The notes under the pieces are model-generated. The model was not told the DNA's origin and searched no databases. It saw only the letters and a program-made list of their open reading frames with translations. Below, one piece after another: positions 1 through 10,209 of a stretch of DNA of 64,000 bases. Within the stretch, counting starts at the first letter, position 1. Each line of letters starts with the position of its first letter. This stretch comes from Mobula hypostoma (taxonomy: Eukaryota): the NCBI RefSeq assembly GCF_963921235.1, contig NC_086111.1, positions 37,448,001 to 37,512,000 of the forward strand. Direction: 5' to 3'. The position numbers and the translations under genes are program-made.

Positions 1-624
1 GTGCATTTGCATTACTCTTTTAGCATTTTACTGATCACAGGTATTTTTGCATGATCCCTTGAGGAATGTATGAGGTCAAGCAATGACTATGTGAAATCAA
101 TCAAACTGGCACACTGAAAGTGCTTTTGAAATTGGAATGTCCACAGGGAGTGCAGTGCCTGGAAGACCTAAAGAGACAGATGGTAGTTACTGTCTGTAAG
201 AAGAAAAAAATAAGCCAGATGGATTGTTAGTCACAGGATTTACTAATGGGCAGACTTTTGCTGCTTGTTTTAATTTGGAAAGTGTTGCTTAAGCACTGCT
301 GGCATTCTAGATGTCACTATGGCCTTTAGAAATATCAGCAGAGATGTCAACTGATAGTGACAGGGAAGCCTTTCCCTTCCTATTTTAAGAGCAATGCTCT
401 TCCTAAAATAAGCTACTGAAGAGGTCTGATGAAGAATAATTTTCATAACATTGCAAAACAGGGTGGCATCATCAAAGCAACTGTAATTGGACTTCAGAGA
501 CAATAAAGAGGGCAATTTTATCTTACTAAGCAGGCAGAACGGACATGATTATGTGGTTAAAGGTGGAAAGTTGAAAACAAATCTGGTACCTCTTCACATT
601 CTGTATCCTTTTATGTCCTGCTCA

Positions 625-780
625 TTCACGTAGCTCTCCAGATGTCTTTTGAACATTATTGCTGTTTCCAACTCCACTACCTCCTCTTGCATCTCATTCC
701 AGATACCATCTACTTCTTGTGTGAAAAATTAACTCCTCAGATCCTCTTTAAATCTTCTTGCCATCACAATAATCCTCAAG
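625..780 (-). mobile_element. CR1 LINE 3' ORF2 remnant
   Basis: Reverse complement resembles the CR1 ORF2 C-terminal region (FTQxVxxxWNxLxEEVVE-like) seen intact at 21540-21660; boundaries approximate. Confidence 0.6.
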
Positions 781-809
781 TTTAGAGACTCCTACCACAG
801 AAGGCAGAT

Positions 810-1078
810 AGCGATTTTTCTAACTTTCTGTAATTTCTACAACCACAACCCCCACCCCCAGCCTTCTTACTCCTTCCCATCCCCCAGTTCTTATTCTGGC
901 TTCTATCCCCTTCCTTTCCATTACTGATGAAGGGTCTCAGCTTGAAACGTTGACTGTTATTCTCCTCCATAGACACTTACACTTGCTGAGTTCCTTCAGC
1001 ATTTTATGTGTGTTTCTCCCATTGAATTTTTTCAAAATAGCATTGCATATATTCCTGTAAAAAGTGCATTTTCAATGT
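810..1078 (+). mobile_element. Penelope-like element 3' end / pseudo-LTR with hammerhead core
   Basis: CTGATGA(924-930)-agggtctcagctt-GAAACGTT(944-951) followed by ctgagttccttcagcattttatgtgtg; near reverse complement of 8525-8800. Confidence 0.75.
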
Positions 1079-1117
1079 GAAGTGGAAAATCAGGGGGAGT
1101 ACACTAATTAGATAGAA

Positions 1118-1375
1118 CTGATAGCCTGATGGCATGGACATCGATTTCTCTAACTTCCAGGAAATTCTCCCCCCTCCCTCCTTACTCTTCCTCCTCACCC
1201 CACCTTCTTATTCTGGCTTCTGCCCCCTTCCTTTCCCATCCTGATGAAGGGTCTTGGCCTGAAACATGGGCTGTTTATTGTCTTCCATCAGTGCTACCTG
1301 ACTTGCCGAGTATCCTCCAGCACTTTATGTGCGTTGCTCTAGATTTACAACATCCGCATAATCTCATCTGTTTAT
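1118..1375 (+). mobile_element. Penelope-like element 3' end (GIY-YIG C-terminal residues plus pLTR)
   Basis: cctgatggcatggacatcgatttctctaacttc reads PDGMDIDFSNF, typical of the Penelope/Neptune ORF end; CTGATGA at 1241-1247 and GAAAC at 1261-1265, with the cleavage triplet mutated. Confidence 0.75.
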
Positions 1376-1760
1376 AATTTTTAAAAGAGAATTATTTGTA
1401 TGGGGAAAAACAAATGCGACATCAGTCTGGTATATCATTGTGTTCCAGACACACAATGAGTGCTTCTGAAATAATATTTGTCTTGAGGTCTACTAAAATT
1501 CTGTTCTAGAATAACAAGGTTTAGATGTCCTTCATTTGGGGTTCTGTTTTAGGATTCCCAGCAGCAGATATAAAGTCTGCTTGTTCTCACAAATTCATTG
1601 TCAGCAGAAAAAAAAGAGAGCAATCCAAATTTAAATATATCTCAAAAGTGCAGAATGTTTCAAGTAGGGGACAAAGAATATCATCACTTTTGGAGTGCAT
1701 TCAACAGCATCTCAGCTCCTCCACAATCATTTTCAAAGTTGAAGGCTCACAGGGTATTAT

Positions 1761-1910
1761 AGAAAATGCTGGAAATAATTAGCAGGTCATGCTGCAGTGA
1801 AGAGATATGATGGATGGCCTTCAACCTGAAATAATAATTCCTGTTTTTCTTGTCATAGATGCAGCATCATCTGCTGAATATTTCCAGCATTTTTCTGTTT
1901 TAATCTGGAA
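1761..1910. mobile_element. Old fold-back Penelope pLTR remnant
   Basis: agaaaatgctggaaata...agcagg at the left and atctgctgaatatttccagcatttttct at the right are inverted copies of the same pLTR end. Confidence 0.55.
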
Positions 1911-2264
1911 ATTAAATGTTTCTTTCCTAAACACTACATATTAAGAGTTTTCATTGCTTGTAGAACATTGATGATGCTGGCGTTCCACCACTGCACTGAA
2001 GCGTGGAAAGAACTGCATAGTGTTGGACAGAAATTACTTGTAGGCAGAACAGGAAAAGACTGCTTGCATGGGTTAACTTAAGCAATAACACTTGCAGATG
2101 GATTTCCTTCTGAACTTGGCTAGATCTATTTCAAAGATCTAGGCACTCATTTTAAACAAAAGATGGAATTTGAAATTTTATATCAAAACAGAAAATGCTT
2201 GATGAATACTACCTCACTATTTTTATTTATATTTTTTGCACTATATATGTATGTATGATTATAG

Positions 2265-2865
2265 GTTGATTGGTTGGTTGGTCGGCATCTATCTGTCTCA
2301 AAAGCCAATGGGTGATGATGATCATCATCACAAGCCTGGGTGGAAGGTATGGAGAATGGAGAACCTGTGATACCCAGTCATCAAGGTCCCCCTCTCGGCC
2401 TCACCAGTGTAGTCCAAAGGGATGTTCATGAAGCAATACGTTTGGCACCAGCTTGTCTACAGGAGCTGCCGGATGGATGTTCAGTGATGTCCAGCTGCCT
2501 CAGGGGCTCCACTCCGAATTTGCTGTCTGGTTTTACTCCCGTAGCTTTCATCTCCCCCAAGGCTGCCACAACACAGTGGCGCTATTTACTCATCTGGTTG
2601 ACGAGCACCAGGGCGTGTGTACACGCTGGTGGGCTTGCGTGCTACTTGTGCAGGGGCCAGACCACCCCCACCCCCCAGCCCCGTCCTCTGTAGTTCACCC
2701 TGAGTCCAAAAGGTGTTCAGTTTCCGTGTGTCGCCAGTGAGGGGGCACCACATGAGGCTTGCTGTTGGAGAGGCTGTGTACTGGCAGGGAGAGACTTACA
2801 CATTCAGCTCTCCTTTTCACAAGACTGCTAGCCAGCGGTGGAAGCTGAACATGACAGTGAGAGTG
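2265..2865 (-). mobile_element. Non-autonomous RTE-derived retroposon (RTE 5'UTR joined to 3' tail)
   Basis: Minus strand ends ccattggcttttgagacagatagatgccga + (ccaa)n tail, like RTE 3' ends; internal gtttggcaccagcttg...ggagctgccgga resembles an RTE 5'UTR; no ORF. It appears to interrupt a Rex1-like tail. Confidence 0.55.
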
Positions 2866-2867
2866 AA

Positions 2868-2990
2868 TACTTACTGTAATTCACAGTATCTTTTCCCCTA
2901 TATTATCATGTGTTGCATTGTACTGCTGCCTCAAAGTTAACAAATTTCATGACATATGCCAGTGATATTTAACCTGATTCTGATTCCGAT
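2868..2990 (+). mobile_element. Rex1/Babar-like LINE 3'UTR
   Basis: ...caaatttcatgacatatgccagtgatatttaacctgattctgatt tail, same as 5100-5185 and the reverse complement of 44362-44450. Confidence 0.65.
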
Positions 2991-3151
2991 CAATCTGAGA
3001 AGTTCTTCGTGTTTCTCTCTCCAAAAATACTGTCTGACCTGATAAGTTCATGAATCATTTCCAGTTTTTATTTTGAATTTCTAACACTTTTGAAATATTA
3101 AAGGTATTGCCAATACCACTTGGTTAATCTTTTAACTCCTTTGAACTATTT

Positions 3152-3254
3152 CAATTTTTATTTCCAATATATGTGGAGCCATAATATTAATGGTGTGTGC
3201 ATGAGTGTATACATACAATACACATACGCAATATCTATGCATATTTCTGTATTC
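3152..3254. repeat. ~100-bp direct repeat, copy 1
   Basis: Matches 4098-4200 with about 3 mismatches; the two copies flank a solo LTR. Confidence 0.9.
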
Positions 3255-4099
3255 TGTGACAAGAATACACATAAATTAAGATGTTAACTGTCCTGTGGAA
3301 TCAGCAGTTGGTCTGCCACCTGTCTTCAGGAGAGAGAGAGATAAGGAAAACAATGGAGCAGCATTTGGAGATGTGTAATGAAGGGACGGGAGAGAGAGTA
3401 ACAGAAAGAGAGCTGTCAAGAGCGGCTCCCCCTTTGAACCCTGAACTGTTTGAAGTGATGGACAGGCGATACCCCAGCAGGGGGATAAAAAGGGACAGGT
3501 TTGCTGAGGCAGGACACACATGACACCCAAGGTAACGAGACCCTGGAAGTGGTGCGCCTCTCACAAGTTGGTGGGAAGCTTTTGGACGGCTGATCGCGGG
3601 ATCAAGCCATAGACGCTCAGGGTGGAAAGGCACGATCGGCGGGAACCTGGTGTGTGTCCACCCTTGCCTGGGTGCCAGGTTCAGCGCAGGGAAACGATCG
3701 TATCTGGAAACGGAGGGGTCACGGTCGGTGACCTCAGATGACATCACAAAGGGCTCGCCCGAAAGCTGACTGCGAAGGTCTGTGTGTGGAAGCCGTTTGA
3801 ATATTCATTCGTTTTGCTCTCTCTCTCCTTCCCCCCGCTGTCTGCGAACTGAACTGAACTAAAATTGAACTGAACTTTGCGTCACTTTGAAATTGGTCAT
3901 TTACCCCTAGACAACGATAGAGCTTGATTGATCCTGTTATCTTAATTCCGTGCACATGTATGTTTATCATTGCTGAACTGTTGCATTTATTACCCTTTTG
4001 ATTAGAGTACTGTGTTGCTTGTTTCTTTAATAAAACTTTCTTAGTTCTAGTAATCCAGACTCCAACTGAGTGATCCATTTCTGCTGGTTTGGCAACCCA
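3255..4099 (+). mobile_element. Solo LTR family A, 3'-truncated
   Basis: Starts TGTGAC, has AATAAA at ~4029 and shares long blocks with 60176-60990 and the reverse complement of 6496-7353; lacks the terminal gttacggggtacgtaaca. Confidence 0.85.
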
Positions 4100-4200
4100 A
4101 TTTTTATTTCCAATATATGTGGAGCCATAATATTAATGGTGTGTGCGTGAGTGTATACATACAATACACATAAGCAATATCTATGCATATTTCTGTATAC
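4098..4200. repeat. ~100-bp direct repeat, copy 2
   Basis: Matches 3152-3254. Confidence 0.9.
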
Positions 4201-4494
4201 ATATATGTGTATGTATATACAGGTGCATTTGTGCACATGCACGTACACAAACAGGTATATATTCATACTCATCTGAATGTGTGAGTCTGTGTGTGCATGT
4301 GTGGTTGTATGTGCATGCGTGTTTGTGAGGGGGAAAGAAAGAAATAGAAGATTAAGCTGAAGCTTGCTGGCTGGTGTTGATGGTTCTAATCAGAATTGCT
4401 TGTGTTCATCCCTTTCAGCTTATTGAAAGACAGATTGTGCCACGCTTCTCGCTATTCTGCTTAGTTGGAGTGGAGCCAAATCATGCTGGAGCTG

Positions 4495-5185
4495 TAGCGA
4501 CTTTCTACAGATATTCAGTGAGAGCATTCCGACTGGTTGCCTCACAGCCTGCCGTGGAGGTTCAATGCACAGGACTGCAAGAGACTGCAGAGGCTTGTAG
4601 CCTCAGCCAGCTCCATTGGGGCACAACCCTTCCTGATATCGAGCTCAAGAAAGGAGGCGTCCATCAATAAAGATCCTCGCTATCCGGTACATGCCCACTT
4701 CATGTTATTCCCATTGGGCGTGAGGTGCAGGAGCTTCAAACCCCATACTAAACATTTTAAGAACAGCTTCTCCCACTGTGGTAAACCATGTATATATGTT
4801 GTAACTGGGTTACCTGTCTGGACACACCCCTCTGCTGACTGCCCCTGTGGCTCCTCCCACAGAGTCCTGTATAAAGGTGTTCGCCTTGCCCCTCCCCCTC
4901 AGTCCGGGGGCAGACACTCACTGTGGAGGTCGTATTGTACAGCGAATAAAAGCCTTTCAGTATTTTACCAAACCTCAGTCTTTTGGAGTAATTGAAGGTG
5001 CTTCACCCACTCCACTATCATATTTTCAAAAGGTCTATCAGCCCATGGATGCTACCTCATTGTCTACCTTTTGCATTATTTATTTATCTATTTTATAACA
5101 TATAATCTTGCACTGTAGTACTGTCACATAATGACATATTTCATGACATGTCAGTCATATTAAACCTGATTCTGATTCTGATTCA
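4495..5185 (+). mobile_element. Rex1/Babar-like LINE 3' fragment (interrupted by a solo LTR)
   Basis: ORF 4537 NAQDCKRLQRLVASASSI...KDPRYPVHAHF...FKNSF is a Rex1-type RT C-terminus; ends in an aacctgattctgattctgat tail. Confidence 0.75.
4777..5005 (+). mobile_element. Solo LTR (229 bp)
   Basis: TG...CA termini, TATAAA at ~4870, AATAAA at ~4945, 5-bp TSD CCCAC (4772-4776 and 5006-5010). Confidence 0.85.
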
Positions 5186-6495
5186 CATATCCAACAGGTT
5201 ATGAAGCACTGTTAACTTCAATGGTGATTGTAGGTCTGTGAGGGGTAGAGGTAGACAGGGAGAGGTAGAGTATTTTTTTAAATTATACTTTGGTTTTATG
5301 GCTTAATTATTCCTAAGCATTTTGTGCTTTACTAAATATTGTACCTAAATTTTTGAATTAGTTATTTCCTTTGTAATAGCTTTTAACTGACTTTGTAAGT
5401 CAGTGATATTTAAAGATGTCAAAGCTATTGACAACTTTGGCAAGTCAAAGCTCCACCCCTAAGCACAGATAGGAGAGACACATCCCAGGCAGGGCGATTG
5501 AGAATGGAGGACTGAGGCACCCATTTCCAGGTGGTCGCAGAGCAACACAACCCTACTTCTGCAGCAGTCACCTAAGAGGTAAGTTCAGCTTTCAGCTCTA
5601 TCCTTGGAACTTTCACATCTGACTTCCCTAGATCACCATTCCTCCTCTCACCCCCTCAGATGTCTGTGGTCCTTACTTCTCAGCAGTCATCTTGTCTTCC
5701 TCCTCTGATGCTTTGAGTGTCTTGGCCTTTGCACCCCAGACAAACTTCCCCCAACTATTCAGCTGTCTTTCCTCCTCCCTATCCAACTGCAGGAAGATAA
5801 ATTCTTCCTGTTCTTGCCAATTGTTTGTTGGTCCATCATGCTCTGAATCCTCAGCAGTCCATTGATCCACCATTCCCCAAGCCCCCCAAAATACGCAGAA
5901 CTTTGCTCATCCAATTTACTTCCTAAACTTTTTCTTTGGTTGTAAGGTTACACCGATAACAGCTCTGCTTTGTAATAGTTTGCTGACTTGTTAAACTTCC
6001 GTCAAAACAGTGTTTCTCTGTGACTAGCACTCATACTTGGAATGTGAAAGCTTGAATGGTGAAATCTATTATAAGTAACCTGTTTTCCAAAGCTACATAA
6101 GGCTGCATATTTAACTAAGAGTATTATTGAAGTGAGGATATAACTTACACTTGGAATGTCTGGTTGCAATCTCTGCAGTGTCTGTAGAAACAATTAATAT
6201 GGGTTGTTCTTTTATTACAATACTGCTGAAGAAGCCTTTGCCTATTAAGCTATGTATTAACTTTATTGTTGCTTGGATGTTAGCTGTAGAGAACCATCCA
6301 ACAAATATTACCAATGGGCAAGCCTTCCAATGAATAGGTAATTTACTTTCTCAGTTTGTCACCCAGTGCTGGAGATGTCTATTGCTCAGTTAATAGAAAT
6401 CAAGTCAGTGAAGTGAAATTCATCAAATAGATAATTTCAAAAGAACAGAATTCCTATCTGTTCATTCTGATAGTTCTATTTGAAACTCTGCCTAG

Positions 6496-7353
6496 TGTTA
6501 CGTATCCCGTAACTGGGTTGCCAAACCAGCAGAAATGGACCACTTAGTTGGAGTCTGGATTACTGGAACTAAGAAAGTTTTATTAAAGAAATAAGTAATA
6601 CAGTACTCTAAACATAAGGATATAAATGCAACAGGTGAGCAATGATAGAACACACATGTACACAGAATTAGGATAGTAGGATCAATCAAGCTCTATCGCA
6701 GTCTAGGGGTAAAATGATCAGTCTCAAGTGACACGGAGTTCAGTTCAGTGTAGTTCAGTTCGCAGTAATCGCTGTTGTGCCATTGGGGGGAGAGAGACAG
6801 AGCGAATGATGATATTCAAATTGGATTCAAACAGACCTTTGATATTCCTCGCAGTTAGCTTTCGGGCGAGCCCTTTGTAATGTCTTCTGAGGTCACCAAC
6901 TGTGACCCCTCCATTCCGGATATGATCGTTCTTCTGCGGTGAACCCGGCACCCAGGCGAGGGCAGACACACACACCAGGTTCCAGCCGATCGTACCTTTT
7001 CACCCTGTGCGTCTATGGTCGGTCCCGTGATCAGACCTCCAAAAACTCCCACCAACTTGTGGGGGGGGGGCACAACGCACTTCCAGGGTCTCGTTATCTC
7101 GTGGTGTCGTGGTGTGTCGCTTGCCTTAGCGAACCTGTTCCTTTTATCCCCCTGCTGGGGTATTGCCTGTCTATCAAACTTCAAACAGTTCAGGTTCAAA
7201 GCAACCAGTCTAAACAATACTTGGAACTGTGTCTCTTTTCGTTAATCTCTCTCGTCTCTCTCTCTTATTAGCATTTTGAATGTTTCCCCCATTTGTCTCT
7301 CTCTTATCTCTTTTATCGGCATCAATCTTCTGATAACTTGGTCAGTTGTCACA
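6496..7353 (-). mobile_element. Solo LTR family A
   Basis: TGTTAC...GTCACA termini, 4-bp TSD CTAG (6492-6495 and 7354-7357); reverse complement of 60176-60990. Confidence 0.92.
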
Positions 7354-8524
7354 CTAGATTGACTGGAAATAGCTAATATCTAGTTCACATGGTGTTTCTG
7401 CTTTCTTGTGAATCTGGTAATTGGATGTTAGCCTGGCAATGTTTTGCTTTTGTTGCATTTGTTTACTTTTTAATCAGTAATAAAAATGAATTTTCTGACA
7501 TGAAGTAAATATGTTCCAAAGAGAAGAAACGGGGCCCAATTTTACTATAGTATTAATAATTATTTTATTATATCCTGATGCAAGTTTGTTTTGCTTCTTA
7601 ATACCGTAAAAACAAAATGATGCCACATTCTGTTCTGTAAACTGCTCTTGCAGGCAAGGATTCGTCAGAACTGGCTGCTGAATATCAGGTGTATGTATGC
7701 CAAGTTAGCTCTGAGTCATAAAACTACATGTGTCTGCAAAAGAAATGATGATCTGAGATATTTCAATTGAATTTTCTATTTTCTATGTTTCTATAAACTT
7801 CATCAGTCACTGATTATCGAATACTCTGCTCAGGTTTTTGACATTTTCTGATCTCAAGTGCGAGAGTCAGTAGTTGTTTAAATTCCTTCTGTTTAGGCAG
7901 AATTAAGTTATTTACAGCAGCAGTTTGTTGAATTGACACAGAATATGAAAATGAAATTGATTTATCATGTTTGTACAGCCTTAGCTCAATAGCTCAATTT
8001 TGAAATGAATGGAGTACAACGGTAATGTATTTCTGAATAGTTGCCTAATCTCAGATAAATATTTGCACTACTGATATGTTCTATTTGTGTGTGCTGAACT
8101 GCTATGATTGTCAGCATACTGTGCTCTGAAGAACAGATGTCTTTGCTTCAGTCACAGCACAAGTCTTTACTCAGCCACAGAATTTTGACATATTCCGTTA
8201 TTCAAGTTCTGCAGAATGTTTTGTATCTCCAAGAAGTTTTTTTGCTTTCCAAGGATATTAATGAGTCTATTGCTAACATTTTTTGAGGGATTTACGGTGT
8301 CACATAGCGTAGCTGTTTTGTGTAATCATGGAATCCCATATTACAGAGCAAGAACATTTTAGTTTCATTGACCTGAAATGTTAATTTTGTTTCATTCCTC
8401 ACAACTGCTGCCTGACCAGCTACCACCATATGTCAGACTTCAGCGTCTGCTGTTATCTGCCCTTCAATAGCAAATGTAAGCATTTGATCCATCCAATTAG
8501 TATGCTTCCCTATCTTTCTATTTA

Positions 8525-8830
8525 GCTTTGAAAATATACGTTTTACAGGAATACACTGAATGCAATGCCATTTTGAAAATATTCAACAGGAGAAACAAAT
8601 TGCTGGAGGAACTCAACAAGTCAGACAGTATTTATGGAGGAGAATAAACAGTCTACGCTTCAGACCAAGACCCTTCATCAGGACTGGAAAGGAAAGGGTC
8701 AGAAACAAAAATAAGAAGGTGGGAGGAGAGGAAGGAGTAAGGTGGGAAGGGGAGAAATTACTGGAAATTAGAGAAATCGATGTTCGTGCCTCCAGGCTGG
8801 AGGCTACCCAGACAGAATATGAGATATATA
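8525..8830 (-). mobile_element. Penelope-like element 3' end / pLTR
   Basis: Minus strand has LGSLQPGGTNIDFSNF-like ORF end and ccagtcCTGATGAagggtcttggtctGAAGcgta (hammerhead core with one mutation); same 3' extension as 1020-1078. Confidence 0.75.
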
Positions 8831-10209
8831 CCCTTCCAACAAGAGTCTGGCTGTCAATAATATCCTAAATTTCCCTCTTAATTCATTAAGATTTTTTTTT
8901 GTTGTTGGCTTCAGATATCCTTTATCAACAGTAATACCCTGAAGCATTGTGCTGGCTTTCATTATATACCCGCTTCTCTATTTTCCTCATATCCTCATTC
9001 CTTTCCATGGGTATAGAATTTTTCCCTGTTATCATGAGACACATTAAATACCCACTGACAAAGGCGGGGGAGATCTTAAGCTCAAAGTTAATAGTAATTA
9101 AATGTATTGCTTTTCATTGAGAAACATACATAAGAATCAGAGGCAGGGCTAGGCTCCACTGTTCAGTAAGACCGTGGCTAATCTTCTACTTCAGTAAACC
9201 CACATCCCTTGACTCCCTTAATATGTTAATGAATGGATAGACCTAAATCTTTTTAACTTGGATTTGAGGGAACTGCCTGATGATCTTATGTATGTCTGTT
9301 AAATATTTGAAAAAAATACTCAAATTTAAATTATGAAATAGAACTAAATGCGAAGTAGCAAGAAGTAATTTTTAGAGCTAGTATTGGGAAATTATTCATT
9401 ACAGTATGATTAATGTGTATAATTTCCAGGTATGGTATCGGAGACAAAAGTACTGTATTTTCAATATTCCTCCTGTCCAAACTTTCATGAAAATGTTGAT
9501 CTTGTTTGTGTTTATACAGCATAGATACAAACAACCCTCTATTTATAACCCTAGAGTAGATTCTGCAGACGCTGATGCTAATCAGGGGTGGCATTAACAC
9601 TGATCACAATTCTGTGAGCAGCACAAAAGCACACTCCAGCTGGCAACATTTAATAGGGATCAGGAACCTTGACTGATCTTTTCTAACCTACCTCTCCCCA
9701 ATTTCTTACAACAAGTCCAATTATGATTATCATATTGCCATCCAAGTCATGATCAACCAACTCACTTCAGGCTGCAGATCAAAATTGCAATCTTTCATTT
9801 CAGTAGAATTCAGTACCACAGCTGAGAGATGTATTGGAGTGATCTTTATTCCACTAATAATACTGAATGCTCCAATTGAGTAATTAACATTTTCATGAAT
9901 TGAATTCTAATTATATCGAAGTTTTCACATTTTGTTCAATATCATCACTGGACTTATTTTTAATTTGAATTGTAGATTTGTCTTTTATATTGCTGGAATA
10001 AGAATGTAACAAGTGACATCTGTCAAGAGCAGAGCAGGAAGGGTGACATTCAGCAATGTGAAAAAACTTTAGTATGTGATTAACGCAGTCCAGCATCTAG
10101 GTTTAGGTATAATATCCAGTTTATACATGTATATGTTGGGACTTCAGCTCACATATTTCTGTATTGGTAACATGCGGGTGCTTGAATGATTCTGGACAAT
10201 CAGCTGGAT

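Noticed and set aside
3276-3747. Cluster of ORFs that recur at 6745-7271 and 60279-60595
   Set aside because: They recur because they lie in copies of LTR family A; frames are not conserved between copies.
4027-4328. Overlapping His/Cys/Tyr-rich ORFs
   Set aside because: Translations of low-complexity TG/TA-rich sequence.
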